From Chthoniobacterales bacterium (GTDB lineage Bacteria; Verrucomicrobiota; Verrucomicrobiia; Chthoniobacterales; DASVRZ01), in NCBI GenBank assembly GCA_038230215.1, contig JBBRNR010000001.1, positions 236,498 to 300,497 of the forward strand: a stretch of 64,000 bases of DNA. The letters are read 5' to 3'. How positions within the stretch are numbered: the stretch's first letter is position 1; each line of letters opens with the position of its first letter. The translations under genes and the position numbers were made by a program. Shown piece after piece: positions 36,133-45,129 of this stretch. The notes below the pieces were generated by a model that saw nothing but the letters and a program-made list of their open reading frames with translations, ran no database searches and was not told the DNA's origin.

Positions 36133-37389
36133 ATGGAAACCACCACACCTTATTTCTCGAACCTGAAATGTCGCGAATGCGGACGCCTCTATCCGAAGCA
36201 GGCGATCCACATTTGCGAATACGATTTCGGTCCGCTCGAAGCCGCCTACGACTACGAGGCGATCGGCAAAGTTCTCAACCGGAAGGTCATCGAATCGCGC
36301 CCGCAATCCATGTGGCGCTATCGGGAGTTGCTTCCGATTGACGGCCTGCCGACCGTTGGCCAAGAGGTGGGGTTCACTCCACTCGTTTCGGTCCCGCGCC
36401 TCGCCAAAGCCTTGGGGATACGCGAGTTATACATCAAGAACGACACGGTCAACTACCCGACGTTGTCCTTCAAAGACCGCGTGGTTTCCGTCGCCCTCAG
36501 CCGCGCGAAGGAACTCGGATTCAAGATTGTCGCCTGCGCCTCCACCGGCAATCTGGCCAACTCTGTCGCCGCCAACGCTGCTGCGGCTGGACTGGAAAGT
36601 TATGTCCTCATTCCCGCCGATCTGGAGCAGGGAAAAGTCCTCGGCTCGCTCGTTTACGGCACGAATGTCATCGGCATTCACGGTGCTTACGACCAGGTCA
36701 ACCGCCTCTGCTCCGAGATCGCCGGCAAATATGGCTGGGGTTTTGTGAATGTGAATTTGCGCCCCTATTACGCCGAGGGCTCCAAGAGTATGGGCTTCGA
36801 GATTGCCGAGCAACTCGGCTGGAAATTGCCGCGTCACACCGTTGCGCCGATGGCCAGCGGCTCGCTGCTCACGAAAATCCACAAGGCTTACAAAGAATTT
36901 ATCCAACTCGGTATTATTGACGAAACGCCTTACTCGATTCACGGAGCGCAGGCAGCGGGTTGCGGCCCAATCTCGGCAGCGATGAAGATCAATTCCGACA
37001 TCGTCAAGCCTGTGGCAAAGCCCGACACCATCGTGAAATCGCTCGCCATCGGCACTCCGGCGGATGGGTATTATGCGATCAAATCCATGAGGGAAACCGG
37101 CGGTTCTGCTGAGGACTGCACCGATGCGGAAGTGGTAGAGGGTATCAAACTACTCGCCGAAACGACCGGTATTTTTGCTGAAACCGCAGGCGGGGTGACC
37201 GTGGCCTGCGCCAAGAAACTCATCGCCTCAGGCCAGATTCCCGCAGGCGATAGCGCCGTGCTTTGCATCACCGGCCATGGCCTTAAAACACAGGAAGCGA
37301 TCATTGGAAAATGCGGCGAACCCCGCCTCATTAACCCCTCACTACGCGAGTTCGACGAACTTATTGGCAAAGAACTCACCAACCGCTAA
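36133..37389 (+). CDS. threonine-synthase-family PLP enzyme (probable O-phosphohomoserine-dependent homocysteine synthase, MetM-like)
   Basis: 418 aa with an N-terminal Zn-ribbon (CRECG..HICEYDFG) and the PLP lysine motif ..TLSFKDRVVS... A SAM riboswitch lies upstream and a sulfur-carrier gene downstream. Confidence 0.8.
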   Translation: METTTPYFSNLKCRECGRLYPKQAIHICEYDFGPLEAAYDYEAIGKVLNRKVIESRPQSMWRYRELLPIDGLPTVGQEVGFTPLVSVPRLAKALGIRELYIKNDTVNYPTLSFKDRVVSVALSRAKELGFKIVACASTGNLANSVAANAAAAGLESYVLIPADLEQGKVLGSLVYGTNVIGIHGAYDQVNRLCSEIAGKYGWGFVNVNLRPYYAEGSKSMGFEIAEQLGWKLPRHTVAPMASGSLLTKIHKAYKEFIQLGIIDETPYSIHGAQAAGCGPISAAMKINSDIVKPVAKPDTIVKSLAIGTPADGYYAIKSMRETGGSAEDCTDAEVVEGIKLLAETTGIFAETAGGVTVACAKKLIASGQIPAGDSAVLCITGHGLKTQEAIIGKCGEPRLINPSLREFDELIGKELTNR

Positions 37390-37401
37390 ATTCCCACCGA
37401 C

Positions 37402-37677
37402 ATGCCCACTAACATCCGTATTCCCACCCCGCTTCGCCGTCTGACCAATGAACAGGAAGTCGTCCAGGCCGAAGGTGCCACCGTGCAAGCTTTGCTCGAC
37501 AACCTGGAGACAAATTTCCCCGGCTTGAAGGAGCGTATCTGCGACGAGGCAGGAAAAATCCGCCGCTTTGTGAACGTCTATCTCAACGACGAGGACATCC
37601 GTTTTCTTCAGGAAAATGAAACCGCCGTCAAAGAAGGCGACGAAATCAGCATCGTTCCCGCGATTGCAGGAGGTTAG
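37402..37677 (+). CDS. MoaD/ThiS-family sulfur-carrier protein (C-terminal Gly-Gly)
   Basis: 91 aa with a beta-grasp pattern. It ends ..EISIVPAIAGG directly before the stop. Confidence 0.8.
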   Translation: MPTNIRIPTPLRRLTNEQEVVQAEGATVQALLDNLETNFPGLKERICDEAGKIRRFVNVYLNDEDIRFLQENETAVKEGDEISIVPAIAGG

Positions 37678-37680
37678 ATT

Positions 37681-37929
37681 ATGGCCAACGAAAAAAAACG
37701 TTTCTGGCTCGATTTCCCGGGCGACTTGGTAACGCAGCCGATTGTCTATGAGCTGGTCACCCGCTTTGGGTTAATCACAAATATTCGTCAGGCTTCCGTC
37801 AGCAAAGATGCGGGCGTGATGTCGCTCGAAGTCGAAGGCGAACGCACCAAAATCGCCGAGGCGATTCAGTGGCTGGAGCAGACCGGAGTCAAAGTCGAAC
37901 CGCTGGAAATAAACGTCATCGAAGGTTAG
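37681..37929 (+). CDS. NIL-domain protein
   Basis: 82 aa. ..FWLDFPGDLVTQPIVYELVTRFGLITNIRQASV..GVMSLEVEGE.. matches the NIL domain pattern found at the MetN C-terminus. 3-nt gap to the upstream gene. Confidence 0.7.
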   Translation: MANEKKRFWLDFPGDLVTQPIVYELVTRFGLITNIRQASVSKDAGVMSLEVEGERTKIAEAIQWLEQTGVKVEPLEINVIEG

Positions 37930-37933
37930 AAAC

Positions 37934-39130
37934 CTACTTCGCGTAAGTGAAACTCCACTGAGTTTCGACTTTTTTGCCCTTCACACGGCCGGAAACGATC
38001 ACTTTGTAAAAGTCCGGGTGGAGATTACGCGTAATCTGATAGCTGACCATTTTTGTAGCTGGATCGTATTTCGAGGGGACGAGTCCAAAGCCGCTGATCC
38101 ACATTTCGATGGAAGTCGGATCGAGCTCACCCATCGTGGCGAGATTCGCGCGGACGAGTGGCGACGCTTCGTTGATCGTTGATCCATTTTGCGGCTCGGT
38201 GATCATGGAGGCCGAGGCGAGTTGGGCTGAAACCGGAGCGTCGGCGGTTGCCGCCTTCACGGGACCTACTTGGAATTTGATCGCGGTCTCGAAAATTTGC
38301 GGATGCGTCGATTCGATGGCATACCGGCCAATCGTCTCGGAGGGAACGCCCCAGCCGATGGTTTGTCCATAGACGGTGAAGAGCGCCTCGTAACCCGCCT
38401 TTAGACCCGCAGCGCGAACGACTTCATTGTGCAATCCGTAGGGATAAGCGAGCGCTTTGACTTGAATGCCGAGCTGGTTTTCAATGATGCGCTTGGAGTC
38501 GCCCAGCTCAGAGTCGAGCCATTTGTCGTAATCTGCCGCGTGGGCTTTTTTCATTCGCAAATCGGCGTGGGAAACGGTGTGGCTCTGGATGTCCACCCCG
38601 GCGTCGCGCATTTCCGCGAGCTGTTCCCAGGACATGGATTGGCCGCCAGCGTTCGGGCCGCCCTTGATGTAATTCGTGTAAACAAACATCGTGAATGGGT
38701 AGCCAAATTTCTGGAGAATGGGCCATGCAACTTTGTAGCCGGAGAGGTAACCGTCGTCGATGGTGATGACCGCTGCCTTGGCTGGAATCGCTTTCTCATT
38801 GCGACGCCAGGCGAGGAAATCCTGCATGCCGATGACGGTGATATTATTGGTTTTTAACTCCGCCATTTGCGCCTCGAATTCCTGGGGCTTGATCGCGAGG
38901 GAATCCTTTGGGCGATCCTCGAAGCGGTGATAGCAGAGGACGATCAGGCGGGCATCTTTGTTAGCTATCGAGACGGGGGTGGGTGACGGAGTCGGAACTG
39001 GCGTGGCAGTGGGCGTGGCCACAGGAGTGGGACTTGGCTTCAATTTTTGCGGTGCTGGCTGGCGTTTGCATCCGCCGATGGCGACAAGCAAAATCGTGAG
39101 GAGAAGGAGGAAGGGCCGCATACGTTTCAT
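37934..39130 (-). CDS. polysaccharide deacetylase (NodB/CE4-like) lipoprotein
   Basis: Lipobox LVAIGGC and a Pro/Thr linker. ..VLCYHRF.., ..ITIDDGY.. and ..QSHTVSHADL.. are motifs of the deacetylase family. Confidence 0.75.
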   Translation of the reverse strand: MKRMRPFLLLLTILLVAIGGCKRQPAPQKLKPSPTPVATPTATPVPTPSPTPVSIANKDARLIVLCYHRFEDRPKDSLAIKPQEFEAQMAELKTNNITVIGMQDFLAWRRNEKAIPAKAAVITIDDGYLSGYKVAWPILQKFGYPFTMFVYTNYIKGGPNAGGQSMSWEQLAEMRDAGVDIQSHTVSHADLRMKKAHAADYDKWLDSELGDSKRIIENQLGIQVKALAYPYGLHNEVVRAAGLKAGYEALFTVYGQTIGWGVPSETIGRYAIESTHPQIFETAIKFQVGPVKAATADAPVSAQLASASMITEPQNGSTINEASPLVRANLATMGELDPTSIEMWISGFGLVPSKYDPATKMVSYQITRNLHPDFYKVIVSGRVKGKKVETQWSFTYAK

Positions 39131-40422
39131 TCGAGTCCCAAGGCTCTGAAAGTCGCATCGTTGTGCGCGAAATGCCGGTCGAGCGAGCAGACGCTGTCGA
39201 TTTCCTGGCGCGTCATCACTCGGCTAATTTCTGGCTCGGCTTCGAGGTTGTCCTGCAGGCTCACGTTCCCCTGCCAAGTCTTCATCGCGGCGCGTTGCAC
39301 GGCCTCGTAGGCAGATTTGCGGTCGAGGCCTTTTTTGGTCAATTCGAGCAAGACGCTTTGTGAAAAATAGAGACCCTTAGTGATGCGCAAATTGCGATCC
39401 ATGTTGTCTGGATAGACGAGCAATTTCTCCACCAGCGAGGTGAGTTTGAGCAACATGTAGTCGAGTAAATTGCACGAATCGGGCAGGATGATGCGCTCGA
39501 CGCTGCTGTGAGAAATGTCGCGCTCGTGCCAGAGGGCAACGTTTTCCAGCGCGGCGACTGCGTTGCCACGAATAACTCGAGCCAGGCCGGAAAGACGTTC
39601 GCCCGTGATCGGGTTACGCTTGTGCGGCATGGCGGAACTGCCTTTTTGGCCGGGACTGAAATATTCCTCTGCCTCAAGGACTTCGGTGCGTTGCAGGTGA
39701 CGAAATTCCGTCGCCCAACGATCGATACTCGACGCAATCAGCGCGAGGGTGGTCATGAATTCGGCGTGGCGGTCGCGCTGGACGACTTGGGTGGAAAGCG
39801 TGGCGGCCTTGAGTCCCATCTTTTTGCAAACGTAAGTTTCGACGCGGGGATCGAGGTGCGCGTGGGTGCCCACGGCTCCGCTGAGTTTGCCGACGCGGAC
39901 GCGTTCACGAGTTTGTTCGAGACGCTCAATGGAACGTCCAAATTCATCATGCATCAGGGCTAGTTTCAGACCGAACGTTATGGGCTCGGCATGGATGCCG
40001 TGGCTGCGGCCGATCATCGGAGTGTCCTTGAACTCCAGGGCGCGCTTGGCGATGACTTCACGCAGTTTGGCCAGAGCCTCAAGGAGGAAATCGCACGATT
40101 GCAGCATTTGCGCCGCGAGCGTGGTGTCGAGAATGTCAGATGAAGTCAACCCCTGATGAATCCAGCGGGCGGATGGTCCGACGTAAGAAGCCACATTTTC
40201 GAGAAACGCGATGACGTCGTGATTGGTGCGTTTTTCGATTTCGAGTATCTCAGCGAGATCGAAACGACCTTTTGCGCGGATTTCTGCCGCGTCGGAAGCG
40301 GGGATTTGGCCTATCGCTGCCATGCTCTCACAGGCGAGGGTTTCGATTTCGAGCCAGAAGGAAAATTTGCGCTCCTCAGCCCAAAGGTCGCGCATACGGG
40401 AAGTGGAATAACGGTCAATCAC
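39127..40422 (-). CDS. purB: adenylosuccinate lyase
   Basis: 431 aa with MIDRYSTSRMRDLW.. and ..GSSAMPHKRNPI.. (fumarate-lyase signature). 4-nt overlap with the downstream gene. Confidence 0.93.
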   Translation of the reverse strand: MIDRYSTSRMRDLWAEERKFSFWLEIETLACESMAAIGQIPASDAAEIRAKGRFDLAEILEIEKRTNHDVIAFLENVASYVGPSARWIHQGLTSSDILDTTLAAQMLQSCDFLLEALAKLREVIAKRALEFKDTPMIGRSHGIHAEPITFGLKLALMHDEFGRSIERLEQTRERVRVGKLSGAVGTHAHLDPRVETYVCKKMGLKAATLSTQVVQRDRHAEFMTTLALIASSIDRWATEFRHLQRTEVLEAEEYFSPGQKGSSAMPHKRNPITGERLSGLARVIRGNAVAALENVALWHERDISHSSVERIILPDSCNLLDYMLLKLTSLVEKLLVYPDNMDRNLRITKGLYFSQSVLLELTKKGLDRKSAYEAVQRAAMKTWQGNVSLQDNLEAEPEISRVMTRQEIDSVCSLDRHFAHNDATFRALGLE

Positions 40423-40460
40423 AGCCGCGCAGAATCCCGGTTCTGCAGAGCTATAGAAAG

Positions 40461-40493
40461 GAAAAAATCAGCAAAAGACCGTCTTTGCTGATT
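40461..40493 (-). terminator. rho-independent terminator after the 57-aa ORF
   Basis: Stem atcagcaaa / tttgctgat (40467-40475 / 40484-40492) with an A6 run at 40462-40467, which is a T-run on the minus strand. Confidence 0.55.
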
Positions 40494-40500
40494 TTATGTC

Positions 40501-40674
40501 TTAGCAGACTTTCGAGCGGGTGCGGCGACCGTTGGTGGCCAGACGTACGCGACCGCTTTCGAGCAAATCGGAGATGGCGGCAGCGGCTTCACGGCTGTTT
40601 TTCGAGCAAGATGTCACGGCCACGATGAGGTCGCCGAGTGAGTAGCTTTTTTTGGTGGAGCGAGTGTTCTTCAT
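40501..40674 (-). CDS. small conserved-looking protein, 57 aa (below the ORF-track cutoff)
   Basis: Hand translation: MKNTRSTKKSYSLGDLIVAVTSCSKNSREAAAAISDLLESGRVRLATNGRRTRSKVC. ATG at 40672-40674 and TAA at 40501-40503. It has its own terminator. Confidence 0.4.
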   Translation of the reverse strand: MKNTRSTKKSYSLGDLIVAVTSCSKNSREAAAAISDLLESGRVRLATNGRRTRSKVC

Positions 40675-40853
40675 ATTGAGTAACGGTGTGTTGTTAACTG
40701 ATACGTTACTTAGAGCAAGCGCGATGCCACGACGTTCAAAAATGTTTTACCGAGGCGGAAAAGATCCCCCTTTCAGGCTTCGCCACTTCTAAATGAATTA
40801 TTCCGCGACACCTTGTCGCAGAACTAGACGCCCAAGTGACAGTTTTGGTCGCT

Positions 40854-41399
40854 CTAGCCGCGCTGTAGTCGCTTGAGCTTTCCCGCCAGACTGACCCTGC
40901 AGGCGGACGACATCCGGTCGATGAAGAGGACGCCATGCAAATGATCGGTCTCATGCTGCACCGCGCGGGACAACAACCCAGTCGCCGAAAAACGAATTTC
41001 TTGCCCGTCCAATCCCTTCGCCGTGACGCTCACTCCGGCGGGACGCGTGATGCTGGCGCTCATCTCGGGAAAACTGAGGCAGCCTTCCTGTCCGGCCTCG
41101 GTTTCCTTGCTAAATTCCAGCTTGGGATTGAGCAAAATCAGCGGCATGTGATCGTCCAGCCGGACCGGCTTCCCGTCGATCAGCATGGAACTCGGACGGT
41201 CCTCGGAATCCTGCACGTCGATGACGGTTAATTGAATTGCCTGCCCGATTTGCTGGGCAGCCAGACCCACGCCCTCGGCGGCGACCATGGTTTCCAACAT
41301 GTCTTGCGCCAACTTTCGGATCGCCGGGGTAACTTCGTGGACTTCCTTGCCTTTGGCGCGGAGCACAGGATGCCCATATTTAACAATTGGGAGTACCAT
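40854..41399 (-). CDS. def: peptide deformylase
   Basis: ..GVGLAAQQIG.., ..EGCLSFP.. and ..HETDHLHG.. are the three Def motifs. Confidence 0.93.
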   Translation of the reverse strand: MVLPIVKYGHPVLRAKGKEVHEVTPAIRKLAQDMLETMVAAEGVGLAAQQIGQAIQLTVIDVQDSEDRPSSMLIDGKPVRLDDHMPLILLNPKLEFSKETEAGQEGCLSFPEMSASITRPAGVSVTAKGLDGQEIRFSATGLLSRAVQHETDHLHGVLFIDRMSSACRVSLAGKLKRLQRG

Positions 41400-41401
41400 T
41401 T

Positions 41402-41809
41402 CTATTTTTCCTGAGTTTGAGTGAAGGCAGGGAGATTTTTTATGCCAGCTTCCTTGAGGGCATCCATGACTTTTAGGATGAATCCGAAGGACGCTTTTTT
41501 GTCGGCGCGCAAAGCCAGAGGACGACTTGGATTCCGCTCACGGATGGCGGCGGATAGCTCTTGCAGCGAGGCGATGGGACGTTCGTCGAGTTGCATCTTT
41601 TCCTCGGCTGTAATGGCCAGAAGCAACGGATCGGTGGGGTTCGCCGCCTCGCGGGCCTGCTTCGATTCGGGGAGATTAATGGTCAGCTCCGACTGCTTCG
41701 ACTTGAACGTGGTCGTCACGATAAAAAACATCAGCAGGATCGCGAAAATGTCGATCAGCGAGACGATTATGATGGTGGGCATCCGCTTTTTGCGGGCGTA
41801 AAATTTCAT
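41402..41809 (-). CDS. exbD: ExbD/TolR-family biopolymer transport protein
   Basis: Start at MKFYARKKRMPTIIIVSLIDIFAILLMFFIV (cat 41807-41809), with an ATGA overlap with exbB. The ORF extension to 42238 overlaps exbB. Confidence 0.8.
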   Translation of the reverse strand: MKFYARKKRMPTIIIVSLIDIFAILLMFFIVTTTFKSKQSELTINLPESKQAREAANPTDPLLLAITAEEKMQLDERPIASLQELSAAIRERNPSRPLALRADKKASFGFILKVMDALKEAGIKNLPAFTQTQEK

Positions 41810-42522
41810 GAAAGATCTTCCAGACCGGGCGTGGGTCCGACGGATTTGCGGGGTTCGGTGAGGCCGAGACGCGGTTTTTGCGAATAACATTTCCCGAGCA
41901 ACTCCGCGATGATCGACTCCATCTCGACCGACATATTTTCGATCTTGCGGGAGAAATAAGAAAAGGCGACCAAGCTCGGAACCGCGATGCCCAGACCGAC
42001 AATCGTTGTGCTCAACGCCTCGGAAATGCCCGACGCGATGCCGCTCAGATCGCCTGTGGACGTGGCACCGGTTCCGATGTTGGAAAACACATGCACAAGC
42101 CCGGAAACCGCTCCGAGCAAGCCCAGCAAGGGCGAAATGCCGACGACGATTTCCAGCACGACAAGCCCAGCTTCGAGCCGGACAATTTCGTGGCGCGCCC
42201 GAGTCTGGACGGCTTCGACGTTCTCCGACTTGGGCCATTTCAAATGATCGAGCGCAACGACTGCGACTCGCGCCAGCGCCGCCGGATCGCCCTTCACCAG
42301 ACGCGAGATGCGTTGAGGATTGTCACCTGGTTGCAAACGCTGAATCTCGTTTTCGATGATCGACGGCAGCACCGCGCTCCGCCGCAATGCGAACGCCCGC
42401 AGGCCTATAACCGCAAAAGACGCAACCGAGCAAATGATCAGCAGAACCATGAAAAATCCGCCTTGTCTAACCAGGTGAAAGGCCGATTCGAGGGAAAATG
42501 CGAGAAAGAGGTGCGTGGTCAT
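41806..42522 (-). CDS. exbB: MotA/TolQ/ExbB proton-channel protein
   Basis: 238 aa, 3 TM, ..LEIVVGISPLLGLLGAVSGL.. and ..ISEALSTTIVGLGIAVPS... Confidence 0.85.
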   Translation of the reverse strand: MTTHLFLAFSLESAFHLVRQGGFFMVLLIICSVASFAVIGLRAFALRRSAVLPSIIENEIQRLQPGDNPQRISRLVKGDPAALARVAVVALDHLKWPKSENVEAVQTRARHEIVRLEAGLVVLEIVVGISPLLGLLGAVSGLVHVFSNIGTGATSTGDLSGIASGISEALSTTIVGLGIAVPSLVAFSYFSRKIENMSVEMESIIAELLGKCYSQKPRLGLTEPRKSVGPTPGLEDLS

Positions 42523-43539
42523 CTAGTAAATCGTAAAGGTGAAAGGAAGCTCGAGGCGCTGCGTATAAAGTGTGCTGGCCACCTCGTCGGGAATCGGCGG
42601 AAACTCGGCATCCATAATAGATTGGGTGCAGGTGGATGCAAAACTTTCGTTCGACGTGTTGGCGAGGACGCGCAAATTGCCTCCCTTGCCAGCGCGATCA
42701 ATCGTGAAGATGATCCGCACCGCCCCCGGCGAGACAAAGGCAGCGTCGCGCTTGATGTAAAAATACCAACGCGACCCGATGGCGTTTTCCACCTGGCGCA
42801 AGTAGCGGCCCAGTGGCGTGCCTCGTGTCGCGAGCGACGGGCGGCCGCGGTTGGAAAGGCTGCCTTCCATGCGAGTGGCACGCGTTTGTGGCTGATACTG
42901 TCCGCCTCCGTCGGCTGGTTTCGGCCTCGGGAGTTCCATCGGAGTGGGAGTCGGCGCGGCTCGGCCAAGTGCGATGACGTCCTCAGGCAGCGGCTCAGGC
43001 GTTGGAGTCGAACGCGGTGTGGGCTGGGCTTTTATCGGGGTCGCTTGCGGCGTTGGCTGCGGTGTCGACTCAGGTCGTTTTGTTGCGGGGGAAGTGGAAC
43101 TAGAAGTACTCGGTTTGCCCAAAATAACGTCTTGATCTTGCAACGTCATGTCGCCAGAAACGCGGCCATCGACGTTCGGCATGTTCGACGGGCCGGTGCC
43201 AGGTTTGCTGCCACTGGCGGCGGTGTCGCGATCCGACTCCAAGCGCGCATCGGGCGGCGGTGTGGCAGCCTCCTGAAATTGATCGCTGCGAATCGTGTCG
43301 CGCTCCGGCGGTGGCGTGGGCGCGACGGCGATCTTCTGCTCCACGTCGGGCAGGATCGTTAATTCGACCGGTTTTTCTTTCGGAGCCGCGATCGGCGGCT
43401 GATTCGCCTTTAACTCCATCCAAAAAGCAAAAAAGAAAAGAAGCAGCAGATGAAAAAAAAGCGACGCCAGCACGGCGAGCGTCACCTTTTTTTTCGAGTC
43501 TCGCGGCTTCTCCATGCGAGCGAGAGGATACTGAAACAA
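42523..43539 (-). CDS. TonB-like energy-transducer protein
   Basis: N-terminal TM (VTLAVLASLFFHLLLLFFFAF), a Pro-rich spacer (TPQPTPQATPIKAQPTPRSTPTPEP) and a C-terminal TonB-like domain (..AVRIIFTIDRAGK..). Directly upstream of exbB. Confidence 0.7.
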   Translation of the reverse strand: MFQYPLARMEKPRDSKKKVTLAVLASLFFHLLLLFFFAFWMELKANQPPIAAPKEKPVELTILPDVEQKIAVAPTPPPERDTIRSDQFQEAATPPPDARLESDRDTAASGSKPGTGPSNMPNVDGRVSGDMTLQDQDVILGKPSTSSSTSPATKRPESTPQPTPQATPIKAQPTPRSTPTPEPLPEDVIALGRAAPTPTPMELPRPKPADGGGQYQPQTRATRMEGSLSNRGRPSLATRGTPLGRYLRQVENAIGSRWYFYIKRDAAFVSPGAVRIIFTIDRAGKGGNLRVLANTSNESFASTCTQSIMDAEFPPIPDEVASTLYTQRLELPFTFTIY

Positions 43540-43548
43540 ACCCTTTTG

Positions 43549-44268
43549 TCACGAGGCGAGGTGAGGCCGCAACGCGTCTCCGCAAAGGATGCCAAGCGTC
43601 GCGCAAACGCTCACTTGCGAGCACCATTCGACCTCGTCCCTACGCCCGCGCTCGATCAGACGTCGGCCGTTTCGCGAAGCGGCTAGAACTGCCAGAGGAT
43701 TCTCCGAATGCGAGCGCCAGAGTGCGAGCAGCAGCTTCGCGGCGTCATCCAAATGAAACTCCGAGGGCAGCTCGTGCAGGAGCGCGCCAGCTGCAAGTGC
43801 GTCCTCGATGGCAAACTCGGTTCCCGTCCCTGCGCAGACGAGGAGCAAATGTTCTGCCGGATGTCTCGACAAATAGTCGGCGACGGCGCGGACGTTTAAC
43901 AAAGCTCCGGCGATGACGGTTCCCGCGTGCGCGACGGCGCGCAGGGCGATGGTGCCGTTCGTAGTGGTGCTGATGATTTCCCGGCCAGCGAGGTCACGGT
44001 ATTCCAATGGGGAATTGCCCAAGTCGAAGCCTTCGATTTTCTCTCCATGCCGCTCGCCGCCGAGCAGCGCGTTCGGATATTTTGCCCGAAAAGCGTGCGC
44101 TTCGGCGATGTCTTTGGCCGTATAGATCGCGCTCACACCCGACTCAAAAGCGGTCGTCATCGTCGAGGTCGCTCGCAAGACATCGAAGACGACGGCGGTG
44201 ATGTGAGTCAGATCGGACTGTGGCAGCAAGGCAATTTCGGCGGGCGTGAGAACGGTGGTGACTTTCAT
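43549..44268 (-). CDS. 2-phosphosulfolactate phosphatase family protein (ComB-like)
   Basis: Start at MKVTTVL (cat 44266-44268, ATGA overlap). ..VVFDVLRATSTMTTAF.. and ..GFDLGNSPLEY.. are family motifs. Confidence 0.8.
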   Translation of the reverse strand: MKVTTVLTPAEIALLPQSDLTHITAVVFDVLRATSTMTTAFESGVSAIYTAKDIAEAHAFRAKYPNALLGGERHGEKIEGFDLGNSPLEYRDLAGREIISTTTNGTIALRAVAHAGTVIAGALLNVRAVADYLSRHPAEHLLLVCAGTGTEFAIEDALAAGALLHELPSEFHLDDAAKLLLALWRSHSENPLAVLAASRNGRRLIERGRRDEVEWCSQVSVCATLGILCGDALRPHLAS

Positions 44269-45098
44269 TTCAGTGGACGTTTTTTCATCGTTAGCCGGGC
44301 GTGATGAAACAGATATTGCTGCGCGTAACCGGCATACGGCCCGAAGTGAGTCGCGGAGAAATGACGCAACCGCTGGGAAGTGACTTTTCGTTTTTTCGCG
44401 AAATACAACTCCCGCAAAACGCGCTCGATCCACACGTCGATGGGAAATGCCTCCAGCCGTTCGTAGGCGAAAAGCAGGACGCAGTTCGCCACTTTCTCCC
44501 CCACCCCGGGCAATTGGCAAAGTTCCCGACGCAATTCTGCAGTCGGGAATGCACGCAGACTTTCCAAGTCGATTTCGCCATTGGCGATTATGCGCGCGGC
44601 ACCAGCTAGATTTTTGGCGCGAAAGCCGAGCCGCGACTCACGGAGGGCAGTTTCCCCAGCGTTAGCCAAGGCTGCTGGCTCCGGATACGCATGGAAGTCG
44701 CCTGTGATTTTCTCCCCGTAACGGCATCGCAAATCGAGCGAGATCTGCCGGATGTGCGGCACTTGCTTGAGCGCCGAGGTGATGAAAGTGGCGAGGCATT
44801 CCCACGGTTCCTGACGCATAATCCGCAGTCCGCGGCAAAACTCCGAAGCCGCCGTCATCGGGCTGTCAGACGGAAAAGTTCCTTCGATTTCCGTCAGCGG
44901 ATGATCCAGCGCGAAATATCGGGCGACCGTTTCCATGCGACCCTCAGTAATATGGAGGACATCACCCGCCTGCCGGAGCGAGACGATTTCGCGTCCGACT
45001 AATCCAGAAAAATGGTCGCCCTCGCGAAACCAATGAAAAACCTGCCCAGACTCCAGTGTTTTCGCGAGGTCAAACTGGGGACACGCAACTTCGAGCAC
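44265..45098 (-). CDS. ogg: 8-oxoguanine DNA glycosylase (HhH-GPD, Ogg type)
   Basis: ..TLESGQVFHW.., ..QEPWECLATFI.. and ..LPGVGEKVANCVLLFAY..AFPIDVW.. form the HhH-GPD motif. Confidence 0.8.
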   Translation of the reverse strand: MLEVACPQFDLAKTLESGQVFHWFREGDHFSGLVGREIVSLRQAGDVLHITEGRMETVARYFALDHPLTEIEGTFPSDSPMTAASEFCRGLRIMRQEPWECLATFITSALKQVPHIRQISLDLRCRYGEKITGDFHAYPEPAALANAGETALRESRLGFRAKNLAGAARIIANGEIDLESLRAFPTAELRRELCQLPGVGEKVANCVLLFAYERLEAFPIDVWIERVLRELYFAKKRKVTSQRLRHFSATHFGPYAGYAQQYLFHHARLTMKKRPLK

Positions 45099-45129
45099 GC
45101 GCGCAATCTATCACGCGCCGACGAGAAAA

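Noticed and set aside
41878-43362. 494-aa plus-strand ORF across exbB/tonB, and similar long ORFs opposite ubiD (1477..2394), nadA (4059..5000), the beta-helix gene (16985..17974), nuoG (49035..50252), the PilX-like gene (56303..57487), aroC (61263..62234), the REC-HK-REC gene (34228..35403) and the kinase 3' part (32291..33745)
   Set aside because: In each case the opposite strand carries a gene with unmistakable family motifs. The antisense translations are Arg/Gly/His-rich with no motifs, which is typical of high-GC shadow ORFs.
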